From assembly GCA_018402605.1 (NCBI GenBank), contig JAGYIK010000001.1, positions 1 through 40,426 on the forward strand: a stretch of 40,426 bases of DNA, written 5' to 3'. Origin of the DNA: Litorivicinus sp. Its GTDB lineage: Bacteria; Pseudomonadota; Gammaproteobacteria; Pseudomonadales; Litorivicinaceae. The notes beneath the pieces were generated by a model. The model ran no database searches and was not told the origin of the DNA. It worked only from the letters and a program-made list of their open reading frames with translations. Shown here piece after piece: positions 1-10,037 of the stretch (its first letter is position 1; every line of letters begins with the position of its first letter). The position numbers and the translations under genes were made by a program.

Positions 1-1
1 G

Positions 2-265
2 GATCTTGGTCTTTTGATGGCGTGCGTGTCCAGTTTTCGGGGGCGTTCAATTCCGCGAGACTGGGTCTTTTTTGGTGAGGTGGGCTTATCCGGCGAAGTG
101 CGCCCGGTAGCCTCAGGGCAAGAGCGAATTCGAGAGGCGGCAAAACACGGCTTTGTGCGTGCGATTGTGCCTCTGGCGAATGCCCCGAAACAACCGATCA
201 GTGGCATGATGGTGTCACCGGTCACGCGGTTAAGCGAAGTGTTGGAGATATTTGATGAAGCCTGA
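2..265 (+). CDS. radA: DNA repair protein RadA/Sms, C-terminal Lon-like domain (5' truncated by window)
   Basis: Open frame from base 2: DLGLLMACVSSFR...FGEVGLSGEVRPV..GQERIREAAKHGF, the RadA C-terminal signature. Confidence 0.93.
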   Translation, partial: DLGLLMACVSSFRGRSIPRDWVFFGEVGLSGEVRPVASGQERIREAAKHGFVRAIVPLANAPKQPISGMMVSPVTRLSEVLEIFDEA

Positions 266-893
266 TTTAGAAGCCCTGCGTCGCGACTATCAACTCGGCC
301 AGCTGACAGAGGAAGCCGCCGGTGCCGATCCAACTGCGTTATTTGGTCAATGGCTCAAAGATGCCGCTGATGCTGGGCAACTCGAACCCAATGCAATGAC
401 CCTAGCAACCGTGGATACGATGGGTCGTCCGCATGCGCGAATTGTGTTGTTGAAAGGGCAGCGTGAGCGTGAATTTTTGTTCTACACCAACTATCTGAGC
501 CACAAAGGCGAAGAGCTACTGGCAACACCCCAGGCGGCGTTGTGTTTCTGGTGGGATCAGCTAGAGCGGCAAGTGCGCGTTGAAGGATCGGTTGAGAAAC
601 TGAGCGATGCGGAGAACGATGCCTATTTTCAGGAACGACCCTATGGGTCGCGTCTTGGTGCATGGGCAAGTGCGCAGTCTCAAGTCATTGAGTCGCACGA
701 GGTATTGACTCGCGCGATTGAAGAATTAAAGACAACCTATTCGGAGGCTGTGCCTAGACCCTCCCATTGGGGTGGGTATGCACTGACCGCGACCCGCATC
801 GAGTTTTGGCAAGGTCGCTCTTCGCGTCTGCATGACCGACTCGATTACGAGTTTGCAGGCGGGCATTGGAATCGCGTTCGGCGTTCCCCATAA
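255..893 (+). CDS. pdxH: Pyridoxine/pyridoxamine 5'-phosphate oxidase
   Basis: Motifs LRRDY, EPNAMTLAT, ARIVLLK, FYTNYLSHKG, RQVRVEG, EFWQGRSSRLHDR; GGAG at 244-247 before ATG 255. Confidence 0.97.
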   Translation: MKPDLEALRRDYQLGQLTEEAAGADPTALFGQWLKDAADAGQLEPNAMTLATVDTMGRPHARIVLLKGQREREFLFYTNYLSHKGEELLATPQAALCFWWDQLERQVRVEGSVEKLSDAENDAYFQERPYGSRLGAWASAQSQVIESHEVLTRAIEELKTTYSEAVPRPSHWGGYALTATRIEFWQGRSSRLHDRLDYEFAGGHWNRVRRSP

Positions 894-938
894 CTCGCGT
901 GTGCACTGCAAAAACCGCCATCTGATACCGAGGATCTC

Positions 939-1931
939 ATGCCATTGTTGTTGAAACTGCTGATTGCAGTTGTCTGGGCGCTACCGGCGCGCGCTGAAAT
1001 TGTTGTAACTGCATCACCCCTGATCGAACTGGCTGCTGCAGCTGAGTCCACCTATCCAGCGAATGTTGAACCGATCGATACTGCGCTGGTTTCTGCCGGC
1101 ATTGGTGCGGAGATCGTGCAAATTCATGCGCGCGCAGGCGATGCGGTGGCTGAAGGTCAACGGCTCGTTTCATTGGATTGCCGCGACACACAGCTTGCTG
1201 AGTCACTTGCACGCGAGGTGCATGCTGAAGCCGTCGAACAACTGGCCTTCGCGCGCAGGCAAGCAGAGCGAGTTGCAAAACTTGCAGCCAGCAATATTGC
1301 GAGCGAAGAACTCAAAGATACGCGAGCCACCGAAGTGTTATTTGCGCAACGACGCTTAGCTAAAGCGCAGGTGAGCCTCGATGACGCCAAGCTCGACACT
1401 TCGCGATGTGAGGTTCGGGCACCCTTTGATGCGGTAGTGACTCGGGAACTGGCATTTATTGGAACGCGTGTGGCAGTCGGGATGCCGATCATGGAGCTCG
1501 TCTCGCAGGCTGTTGAAGTCCGCGCTCGATTGCCCCTCGATATGCGTGGCACGCTGACCGAACAAGTGCACTTCACATCTCCCTTGGGCACTGTGCCGTT
1601 GACATTGAAATCGGCCGGACAATCTGTCGAAACCGAGACAGGAACTCGATTGGTGCGGTTTGTTGGCGACAGCACAGTGTTGGAGCCCGGCACACCAGGG
1701 CGCATCCGAATCCAAACCGGTGGGTTGCGGCTCAGTGCTGATTATCTCGTTGAACGCTCAGGTCAACTTGGAGTCATGTTGGTTGAGGGAACGACCGCGC
1801 GATTTGTTCCACGAGCAAACGCCTCGCTAGGTCAACCTGTTGATGTCAGTGATCTCTCGCTACAGAGTATGGTGATTCGTGATGGGCGATTCCGCGTGCG
1901 CGATGGCGAGACGGTGGTCGTCAATCCATGA
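939..1931 (+). CDS. RND efflux periplasmic adaptor (membrane fusion protein)
   Basis: N-terminal signal/anchor, lipoyl half-motifs (GDAVAEGQRLVSLD; VRAPFDAVV), coiled hairpin, C-terminal RVRDGETVVV; overlaps the RND permease start. Confidence 0.9.
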   Translation: MPLLLKLLIAVVWALPARAEIVVTASPLIELAAAAESTYPANVEPIDTALVSAGIGAEIVQIHARAGDAVAEGQRLVSLDCRDTQLAESLAREVHAEAVEQLAFARRQAERVAKLAASNIASEELKDTRATEVLFAQRRLAKAQVSLDDAKLDTSRCEVRAPFDAVVTRELAFIGTRVAVGMPIMELVSQAVEVRARLPLDMRGTLTEQVHFTSPLGTVPLTLKSAGQSVETETGTRLVRFVGDSTVLEPGTPGRIRIQTGGLRLSADYLVERSGQLGVMLVEGTTARFVPRANASLGQPVDVSDLSLQSMVIRDGRFRVRDGETVVVNP

Positions 1932-4900
1932 TGGGATTTGCCCGTATTCTGATTGGGAACCCAGTCCTGACGAACCTCACATTTGTCTTGGTATTGGCGA
2001 TGGGCGCCATGTCCTATTGGTCCCTGCCGAGGCAGCAAGACCCCACCATCAATTTCAACTGGATCGTCATCGTCACCGCGTGGCCTGGTGCCTCTGCCCT
2101 TGATGTTGAGAGTCAAATTACCGATCCGATGGAAGAAGCGATACAGCGGGTCGATGATCTCGACTTTGTCTCAAGCTATTCACGAGAGGGTCAATCCTCA
2201 ATTTTGGTGCGGTTTGAAGATGTCTCCGATACGGTATTTCAAAGGCGCTTAGCGGATTTGCGGCGCGAAGCGAATTCAGCTGAAGCAGAATTCCCGGGTG
2301 AAGCCTCAGAGCCTGTATTTATTGAGATTACCTCATCAAACGCCTTTCCAGCTGCGACGCTCGCGCTTGTGGGCTCGGGTGATGATGACAGCCTGAGAAA
2401 GCAAGCGATTCTGATTGAGAAAGAGCTTGAGCGCTGGCGTCGCGTGGACCGGGTTGATTTGCAGGGGATTGGTGCACCTGAAATTCGAATTGAGTTTGAT
2501 CCCGTGCAACTTGCATCGCGTGGATTAGCCCCGAGTGACGTCGCAAATACAGTCACTGCATACTTTCAAGATCTCGCCGCCGGTGAACTGACGGTTGGCG
2601 ATAACAACTGGTTGGTTCGCATTAAAGGCAAATCCACTGATGCCTTCGCCCTCAATGATTTTCCGATTTTGAGTCGTGGGGGGAACGTGCGATTGGGTGA
2701 TGTCGCCCAGGTGACGCGGACCCAAGCGGAGCGCTCTGAATTGGTGCGATACGAAGGCCAGCCGGCGGTGTTGTTAGCCGTGATGAAGGCGGAGAATGCC
2801 AATACGCTTGAGTTGGTGGATGAGGTGAAAGCCTATCTCGACGAGCGAAATACGCTGCAAACTGCAACTGGCACCAAACTGGTTTTAATCGACGATCAAA
2901 CCATACCCACCCGGAAAGCGCTGTCGATTATGCAGAACAATGCACTGATTGGCTTATTGCTCGTCCTCGGTGTTGCTTGGCTTTTTCTGGGTCTAAAAAT
3001 TGCCACCCTCACCGCCATCGGTATCCCTTTTATTTTGGCGGGCACATTTTGGATTTTGGGCGGTTTAAACCAGACACTGAATGTGACAGTGCTGCTTGGC
3101 GTGGTGATTGCGCTCGGGATGCTGGTCGACGATGCCGTGGTGGTAGTCGAGGCGATTTATTATCGGATTGAACGTGGTTTGCATGGCCTGGATGCGATTG
3201 CCGATGCGCTGCGGGAGACCGCCGCACCGGTGACTGCGGCTGTATTAACGACGGTCGCTGCCTTTATGCCGCTGATGCTGCTTCCGGGCATCCTCGGGAA
3301 GTTCATGATGGTGATTCCGTTGGTCGTATCGATTGCGCTTCTGATCAGCTTGATCGAAGCATTTTGGATGTTACCCGGGCATGTCTTGAGTTCAGGGATG
3401 CAATTGAACACCGAGAGTCGGATGCAAAAGTTTCGGACCCGTCTGAACCGTTCGATTCGACATCTATATACGCACCTACTCGTTCGGGCGTTGCGGCGAC
3501 CGATTCTTACGCTCAGCCTCGCTGTGGTCACGTTCCTCGGTGCCGTTGGATTGCTCGCGACCGGTCAAATTCGCGCGGATTTCTTTGCCTCGGATCCGAT
3601 ACGGGTCTTTTATGTCAACATCGATACAGAACCTGGTGCGCGCCTCGAGACCACACTTGAGATGACGCTCCGTGCGGAAGAGGTGGTGATGTCCCACCTC
3701 GAGCCGGGTGAGGCCCGCGGTGTGGTCTCCTATGTGGGTCAGCAATTCACCCAAACTGAGCCATTGCGTGGCAGTCATTTGGGTCAGATCTTGGTTGGTT
3801 TGCAGCCCGAAGGTCGCCAAGTCACAGAGATTGTCGAGGGGATGCGCAGTGCGCTTGAGCGTGTGCCCGGCCCATCGCGTGTGACCTTCTTGGAACTCGC
3901 CGGAGGTCCGCCAGCAGCGATGCCGATTTCGATCAAAGTTCGGGGCTCTGACTTTACTGAATTGCGACGCGCTGCGGATGAAGTCAAACAGATTCTTGCT
4001 GGTACGCCCGGTATCAAAGACATCACCGATGACGCGTCAGATGGACGATTAGCACTCGATATGCGTTTTGACGGCAATCAGATCTCACGCACCGGCATTA
4101 CGCCGACCGAAATTGCACGCAACGTGCGCATGTTGGTCAACGGAGAAATCGTGGCATCTGTGCAAGACCAAGGTGAGACCGTCGACATTCGGGTGATTGC
4201 CGATGCACAGCAGATGTCATCCCCTGAGCGGTTATTGGCTGCGCAGTTACCGAGTCGTGACGGTGTATTGGTGCCACTGGGTGAGCTTGTCAATGTCGAG
4301 CGCGTGCCGGCGCTTGGAACCATTCGTCATTACAATTTTCGCCGCACGATCACTGTCGAAGCCGATATTGACAGTGAGGTCACTGACACAGGACCGCCAA
4401 TATGGCTGTGATGGCCGCTTGGGAGTCGTTCAAGCCAAAGTTACCCTGACGTGAATCTCGATTTTTCAGGTGAGCTCGATGATATCCAAGAGAGCTTGGA
4501 TTCTATCGGGGTGTTGTTTTTATTTGGGCTTGGGGTCATGTATCTGATTCTGGGCACGCAGTTCAAAAGTTACGGACAACCCGTGTTGATCTTAGTGACA
4601 GTTCCACTGGCCTTTACGGGTGTTGTTCTGGGCCTCTTCGTGACTTCAAATCCGCTCTCGCTCTATACCCTATACGGTGTTGTGGCGCTTGCCGGCATTG
4701 CTGTGAATTCCGCGATTGTATTGATCAGTGCCGCCAACGATCGACTGCGGCTTGGCATGAGTTTGAAGCATGCCACCCTCTATGCGGGTCGCCGTCGCGT
4801 GGTACCTATTGTGATTACCGTGCTGACCACAATAGCGGGTTTGTTCTCTTTGGCGGCGGGTCTCGGAGGCGATTCGTTGATTTGGGGCCCGGTGGCGACG

Positions 4901-5017
4901 GCCATTGTATGGGGGCTTGGTTTCAGTTCCATCTTGACCTTGTTTGTCGTCCCTGTGCTGTATTACCTCACAGGTAAACGACGCGAAGTGCGCTTAAATC
5001 CAGCTGCCGAGCTCTAA
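1928..5017 (+). CDS. RND efflux permease (AcrB/AcrD/AcrF family), frame broken around 4390-4450
   Basis: ORF 1928-4411 (WPGASALDVESQITDPMEE, GMLVDDAVVVVE) continues in ORF 4451-5017 (GIAVNSAIVL, RRVVPIVITVLTT); together about 1030 aa. The linker reads ..ANMAVMAAWES..YPDVNLDFSGE across small indels, probably sequencing error. Confidence 0.88.
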
Positions 5018-5026
5018 TTTTCAGCT

Positions 5027-5054
5027 CTTGAAAAATGATTTCCTGAACTTATGT
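5027..5054 (+). promoter_or_regulatory. Sigma-32 (RpoH)-type promoter of ibpA
   Basis: CTTGAAAA at 5027-5034 and CTTATGT at 5048-5054 (CTTG-N17-CYTATNT), directly upstream of a small heat-shock gene. Confidence 0.7.
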
Positions 5055-5061
5055 TCGATTT

Positions 5062-5140
5062 TGAGATGCCAATTTGGGTCTCATAGTGAACTGCCCTGTC
5101 TGATGAAGGGCCATTTAGATCGCTTTAGGAGGATCACATG
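5062..5140 (+). promoter_or_regulatory. ROSE-type RNA thermometer in ibpA 5' UTR
   Basis: Three hairpins: TGAGATGCC..GGGTCTCA (5062-5082), GCCCT..AGGGC (5093-5111) and GATCGCT-TTAGG-AGGATC (5118-5135), where the ROSE U(U/C)GCU motif pairs with SD AGGA leaving a bulged G. Confidence 0.78.
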
Positions 5141-5581
5141 ACTGTAGACTTATCACCCCTATATCGCACTGCCATTGGTTTCGATCGTTTGGCGAGTATG
5201 TTGGAAAATGCCAACCGTCTCGAGAGTGCGGGTTATCCCCCATACAACATCGAAGTCGTTGGTGAAGATCAATATCAGATCACCATGGCTGTTGCGGGAT
5301 TTAAAGATTCTGAACTGTCCATCGAGTCGAAGCAAAATGAGCTGACGGTGTCTGGGCAAAAGGCAGAGGATGACGAAGCCGCTGAGCGAAAATTCCTGCA
5401 TCGCGGTATCGCGAATCGGAATTTCGAGCGGAAGTTCCAACTGGCCGATCATGTCTTCGTGAAAGGCGCGCGCATGGAACACGGACTACTGCATGTTGAG
5501 TTGTATCGTGAATTGCCGGAAGCGCTGAAACCACGGAGTATCGCCATTGAGACGGGTCATCTGATCGAAAATCAATCCTGA
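5138..5581 (+). CDS. ibpA: Small heat-shock protein IbpA (Hsp20)
   Basis: DLSPLYRTAIGFDRL, YPPYNIE, ITMAVAGF, FLHRGIANRNFERKFQLADHV; strong SD AGGAGG. Confidence 0.96.
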   Translation: MTVDLSPLYRTAIGFDRLASMLENANRLESAGYPPYNIEVVGEDQYQITMAVAGFKDSELSIESKQNELTVSGQKAEDDEAAERKFLHRGIANRNFERKFQLADHVFVKGARMEHGLLHVELYRELPEALKPRSIAIETGHLIENQS

Positions 5582-5587
5582 CCGACC

Positions 5588-5613
5588 AAGGCCCGGTTCA
5601 TCCGGGCCTTTTT
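5588..5613 (+). terminator. Rho-independent terminator after ibpA
   Basis: AAGGCCCGG-TTCAT-CCGGGCCTT followed by a T run. Confidence 0.9.
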
Positions 5614-5620
5614 GTATGAC

Positions 5621-5634
5621 TTGATCTTGATCAC
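5621..5634. promoter_or_regulatory. FNR/Anr/FixK-like binding site upstream of MaoC-Pta/ackA
   Basis: TTGAT-CTTG-ATCAC, 9/10 match to TTGAT-N4-ATCAA, intergenic, ~90 bp before the start codon. Confidence 0.6.
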
Positions 5635-5720
5635 GTTTCCGAGCGCTACGCGATCAGTTGTCATCGAAATGACTTCATCTTATTGTGCAATGCAGGAAAT
5701 CGTCGGTTGCAAGGATTCGC

Positions 5721-7118
5721 ATGACACCCATCACTCGCCTCACGAACACCACCTATGATGAGTTATCCGTTGGGATGTCCGCTTCGATCGAGAAGCGGCT
5801 GACGATGGATGACATACGCTTATTTGCGGTGATGACCGGTGATGTGAACCCCGTCAGTCTGGATGCACAGTATGCGAAATCGAGCCGATTTCACGACATC
5901 GTAGCGCATGGTATGTGGGGTGGAGCACTCATCTCGACGGTGCTGGGCACTGAATTACCGGGTGCTGGGACAGTGTATGTGCGTCAATCCTTGGATTTCC
6001 AAAAGCCCGTCCGGATTGGCGATGCACTGACCGTGACGGTCACGGTGCAGGAAAAACGTCCCGATGCGCAGGTGGTGTTCGCCTGTGATGTGGTGAATCA
6101 GGCAGGTGACCAGGTGTTGTCGGGTCAGGCGATTGTTCTGGCCCCAACCGAAAAGATTGAATCCGAGATCGTCGAGTTACCGGATGTGTTCCTCAATGAA
6201 CGTCGCCACATCACGCGACTCTTGCAGCGTGCCGCGGCCTACCGCCCGTTGCGGGTTGCTGTCGTTCACCCTTGTGACGAAGTGTCTCTCGGAGGTGCGC
6301 TCAGTGCCCGAGCCCATGGGTTGATTGAGCCGATCCTGATCGGTCCTCGCATGAAGATTCAGGGTGTCGCCGATGCCTGCGATTTTGATTTAGGTGGTGT
6401 TGAAATTGAGTCTGTTGAGCACTCGCACGCCGCCTGTATTCGAGCCGTTGAGTTATGTCAGGCAGACCGCGTCGATGCCGTGATGAAAGGGAGCCTGCAC
6501 ACCGATGAACTGATGGCGGCCTTGCTGGCGCGCTCATCTGGGCTGCGCACCGAGCGGCGAGTGAGTCACGTTTTTGTGTTTGATGTGCCGACTTATCCGA
6601 GGCCCCTGTTAATCACAGATGCCGCAATCAACATATCTCCTGACTTATTGGCCAAGCGCGATATCGTGCAAAGTGCGATCGACCTTGCGCACGCGCTCGA
6701 AATTCCTGAACCCAAAGTTGCGATTTTGTCAGCGGTCGAGACAGTCACGTCGACAATCCCATCGACTTTGGATGCGGCAGCACTGTGCACGATGGCGCTG
6801 CGTGGTCAGATTTCTGGGGGGATCGTCGATGGTCCGCTGGCGTTTGATAACGCGATTTCAGAAACGGCCGCCCGCATCAAAGGGATCCGATCACCTGTCG
6901 CCGGACAGGCAGATATTCTGGTGACGCCTGATCTCGAGTCCGGGAACATGTTGGCAAAGCAATTGGAGTATCTGGCGCATGCTGAGGGTTCCGGGATTGT
7001 GATGGGCTTGCGGTTGCCGATTATTTTGACCAGTCGGGCTGATGATGAAGTCTCTCGTCTGGCCTCCTGCGCGTTAGCAACCATTTTGCATCAGTATCGG
7101 CAGGTCCAGCCCACATGA
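5721..7118 (+). CDS. Bifunctional MaoC-like (R)-enoyl-CoA hydratase / phosphate acyltransferase
   Basis: N-terminal MaoC hot-dog domain (FAVMTGDVNP, AHGMWGGALISTVLGTELPGAGTVY) fused to a Pta/Ptb domain (MKGSLHTDELM, ITDAAINISP, VDGPLAFDNAIS, PDLESGNML, ILTSRADD). ATG 5721 follows AAGGA. Confidence 0.92.
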   Translation: MTPITRLTNTTYDELSVGMSASIEKRLTMDDIRLFAVMTGDVNPVSLDAQYAKSSRFHDIVAHGMWGGALISTVLGTELPGAGTVYVRQSLDFQKPVRIGDALTVTVTVQEKRPDAQVVFACDVVNQAGDQVLSGQAIVLAPTEKIESEIVELPDVFLNERRHITRLLQRAAAYRPLRVAVVHPCDEVSLGGALSARAHGLIEPILIGPRMKIQGVADACDFDLGGVEIESVEHSHAACIRAVELCQADRVDAVMKGSLHTDELMAALLARSSGLRTERRVSHVFVFDVPTYPRPLLITDAAINISPDLLAKRDIVQSAIDLAHALEIPEPKVAILSAVETVTSTIPSTLDAAALCTMALRGQISGGIVDGPLAFDNAISETAARIKGIRSPVAGQADILVTPDLESGNMLAKQLEYLAHAEGSGIVMGLRLPIILTSRADDEVSRLASCALATILHQYRQVQPT

Positions 7119-8272
7119 TTTATGTGATCAATGCCGGTTCATCGAGCGTGAAGTTTTCGGTGTTCACTGAATCTCCCCTGACGGAGGTTGTATCTGGGCA
7201 GGCGGCGCTTCGGGATACGGAGATCGTCCTGCAGGCGCAAGTCTTTGGCACGCCGTATGAATCAACATATCCAGCGCCAGAGACCGAGCAGACTGCGGTG
7301 ATGTCTTTGGTGCATGCGGCGACTGTGCTGCTGACGGAGCAGGTTGATGAGAGCCCCCGAATGATTGTGCATCGTGTGGTGCATGGGGGAACAGGCTTCG
7401 TTAAGCCCATTATTGTGTCGCCGGAAATTAGAGAAGCACTCGAACACCTTGTCGATCTTGCCCCGCTGCATCAGCCGGTGAACTTGGCGGCTATTGATGC
7501 CTGTGCCGGTTTGTTTCCGGACATACCGCAAATTGCATGCTTTGATACGGCATTTCATGCAGACCAGAGCGATCTTGAGACGCACTTCGCGTTGCCAGCA
7601 GAGCTGTTTGCGCGCGGGATCCGAAAATATGGATTTCACGGGTTGTCATACAGCTACATCGTGAGCCAGTTTCCGCGCTTTGCGATTCCCAATAGCGCGC
7701 GCGTCATCATCTGTCATTTGGGTAATGGTGCATCACTTTGTGCGGTGCACGAGGGTCGGTCTGTTGCCTCGACGATGGGGTTCACTGCGCTTGAGGGGTT
7801 GCCGATGGGAACGCGCTCTGGTCGCCTAGACCCAGGTGTTGTACTGCATTTGATAACCCAAGATGGGTGGTCGGCTGATGAAGTTGAGCATCTCTTGTAT
7901 CGGGAGAGTGGCTTGAAAGGACTTTCAGGTGTCTCAGCCGATGTCAGGACATTGGAACAATCAGAAAGCGCCGCAGCACAGTTTGCGTTGGATTATTTTG
8001 CCTACCGGATTAACGCTGAAATGGGTTCGCTGACTGCAATTCTTGGCGGTATCGATGTCGTGATTTTTACAGCGGGTATTGGTGAGCACTCCGTGTCGGT
8101 GCGCAAAGCCGTGGGTCAGCGCTTGTCACAATGGTTGCCCATAGCGATCGATGATCAGAAGAATGTTGCACAACGCGATGAGATCAGTGCGGATACATCA
8201 CAGATCCGAGTGCTGCGCATCCCGACTGATGAAAATCTCAATATGGCGCAACTTGCAGAACACATGATTTAG
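7115..8272 (+). CDS. ackA: Acetate/propionate kinase
   Basis: INAGSSSVKF, HRVVHGG, LAPLHQP, CFDTAFH, KYGFHGLSY, HLGNGAS, MGTRSG, FTAGIGE; ATGA overlap with the upstream gene. Confidence 0.96.
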   Translation: MIYVINAGSSSVKFSVFTESPLTEVVSGQAALRDTEIVLQAQVFGTPYESTYPAPETEQTAVMSLVHAATVLLTEQVDESPRMIVHRVVHGGTGFVKPIIVSPEIREALEHLVDLAPLHQPVNLAAIDACAGLFPDIPQIACFDTAFHADQSDLETHFALPAELFARGIRKYGFHGLSYSYIVSQFPRFAIPNSARVIICHLGNGASLCAVHEGRSVASTMGFTALEGLPMGTRSGRLDPGVVLHLITQDGWSADEVEHLLYRESGLKGLSGVSADVRTLEQSESAAAQFALDYFAYRINAEMGSLTAILGGIDVVIFTAGIGEHSVSVRKAVGQRLSQWLPIAIDDQKNVAQRDEISADTSQIRVLRIPTDENLNMAQLAEHMI

Positions 8273-8316
8273 GTTTGGAATCGGCGTCCTCCAGCGTCCA
8301 AATTTTCTGTAAATTC

Positions 8317-8344
8317 TGGTATAACGGGTGCTCGAAAGGAGGAG
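8317..8344 (+). promoter_or_regulatory. Extended -10 promoter and strong SD for the 8349 ORF
   Basis: TGGTATAAC (TGn-TATAAC) at 8317-8325; AAGGAGGAG ending at 8344, 4 nt before ATG 8349. Confidence 0.55.
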
Positions 8345-8348
8345 CCTT

Positions 8349-8441
8349 ATGAAAATCTTGAAAGAACTCACACACGGGGATACCGGATTTGCATTGATGC
8401 TGGTGGTGATGGCTCTGACCATTCTCGCATTGGCTTTCTGA
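8349..8441 (+). CDS. 30-aa hydrophobic ORF (MKILKELTHGDTGFALMLVVMALTILALAF); small protein or N-terminus of the 8444 ORF
   Basis: Below the ORF-track cut-off; strong SD; one TM-like stretch. One extra T in GCTTTCTGATTGTG would fuse it in frame to the next ORF. Confidence 0.6.
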   Translation: MKILKELTHGDTGFALMLVVMALTILALAF

Positions 8442-8443
8442 TT

Positions 8444-8800
8444 GTGCAGATCCATGCCTCATCCTATGCCATCGCATGCATGGTTGTGGTGTTTGCGAGT
8501 TTAACTCTCCAGCATTATTACCCGTCGACGCTCGCGTATGGGCTCATCGCCTTGACCGCTGGCATGACGCTCGGGGTCTTTAGCCTGAAGCGTTTGTGGA
8601 GTGGTCTGCGTGGTGATTGGATTGGACTTTCGCTGATCGCACTCATCTTCATCCTGTGCGTGATACTCCCTGTCCTCAAATACGTGATGCAGTCTCCATC
8701 GTTATTTATTTCAGCGATGGTCTTTGGCGGTCTGATCATGGGCGTTTTAAATGCGCGGTTACCGGAAACAGTCGAGCGCCATCAAGCCTCTGATCTGTGA
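8444..8800 (+). CDS. Hypothetical integral membrane protein (about 4 TM helices)
   Basis: 118 aa with repeated hydrophobic segments; no SD of its own; stop TGA overlaps the GTG of the next gene. No family recognised. Confidence 0.65.
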   Translation: MQIHASSYAIACMVVVFASLTLQHYYPSTLAYGLIALTAGMTLGVFSLKRLWSGLRGDWIGLSLIALIFILCVILPVLKYVMQSPSLFISAMVFGGLIMGVLNARLPETVERHQASDL

Positions 8801-10036
8801 ACAGCAGAGACATCTGTGGTCGCGCGCCTTGAGGCTGCTGTTCAGGCAGCCAAAGCGATTGCCCGATTCCTCACCTAAAGGCATCGGGTTGCACCGATAT
8901 GGAAACGTCAGCTGTTGGTGGGCAAGGCGGCTTCAGCGCAGGCAACGGTTGCATCGCAGCATTCCACCCGACGCGAAGGGCTCCCATTGTGCCGAACGAA
9001 GGCAGATGCAACGCAAATGGCCTTCAGATCAGGCATTGCATCCAGTCCCGGATGCAGAAAGTCAGAATGCCGCATTGGCAGCCTTTGGCTTGCCGCTTCA
9101 AATGCTACTGGATTCGTTTGATTTGTCACTTCTGGTGGCGGCTCAGCACTGGCGTTCATGCCATTCCGGGGATGCCGTTTGATTTAAAACCGCAGACTAT
9201 CGTGCGCTGTTGGCATCCGCCGCGCCACGATTTGAACCTCACCACAGCGCAGCTAATTATCTTTGGTGAAGGGTGGGCGGTTTCCGCGTATGCGACCGAA
9301 GCGCAGATCATCAATTTGTTGCGTCAGATATTCCAGGTGATCATGTTGAATTTATTGCCCCGGGCCAACTGTGCCAGCCCATACCACGCAAGCTGATGCG
9401 ATCGCCGTTCTTGAGCGATATGAGATCCCGTTACTCGAGGACTTGATGCCTTGGTTGGTCGACCCGCAGTGGGCCACGCCAAGCCCAACAGATGCCTGTT
9501 TCGATCGGGTATCGACGACTATTGTGGCGGCTCCGTCTCAGTCCCTTTTGGCGGCAAAATCAATATTTGAAGCGGCTGGAATGGATTGTTGGATCTTGGG
9601 TGATGCCATTGAGGGTGATTCCGAGACAGTGGCTCGCGTTATGGCTGAGACGGCCCTGTGGCAACGTCGTCATGGACGGCTCGCTCGACCCTTGTGCTTG
9701 TTGTCAGGCGGTGAGACGACGGTTCGCGTTACCGGCACTGGTGTTGGTGGGCCAAATGCCCACTTTGCATTGACCTTGGTCGATGCGCTGCAGGCAGAGC
9801 CCGGAATCTCCGCAATTGTATGTGACACCGATGGTGTCGATGGTGCCGCTGAAATTGCCGGTGCCTTTGTCGATGCCGACACCTTAGCGCGTGCGAAGCA
9901 GGCTGGTTTGCAGGTTGAAGAGGCCTTGGTGCAGCAGGATGCGCACAGCTTCTTTCAGGCACTTGGCCAATCCGTGATTCCAGGTCCGACTGGAACCAAT
10001 GTCAACGATTTCCGCGCGATTCTGATAGAGCCTTAG
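8797..10036 (+). CDS. Glycerate kinase type 2 (DUF4147/MOFRL, TtuD-like); 5' half frameshifted
   Basis: Intact C-terminus LLSGGETTVRVTGTGVGGPN, DTDGVDG, DAHSFF, GPTGTNVNDFRAILI; fragments GKAASA and HPVPDAES lie in alternating frames at 8800-9370. Confidence 0.8.
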
Positions 10037-10037
10037 C

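Noticed and set aside
4380-4451. Naturally split RND permease or programmed frameshift
   Set aside because: The linker still encodes RND-like sequence across at least two small indels, with no slippery site or SD for the second part; error is more likely.
5658-5678. Pho box or palindrome GTCAT-CGAA-ATGAC before MaoC-Pta
   Set aside because: Only one TGTCAT half-site with no 11-bp direct repeat; a 5-bp inverted repeat is within chance.
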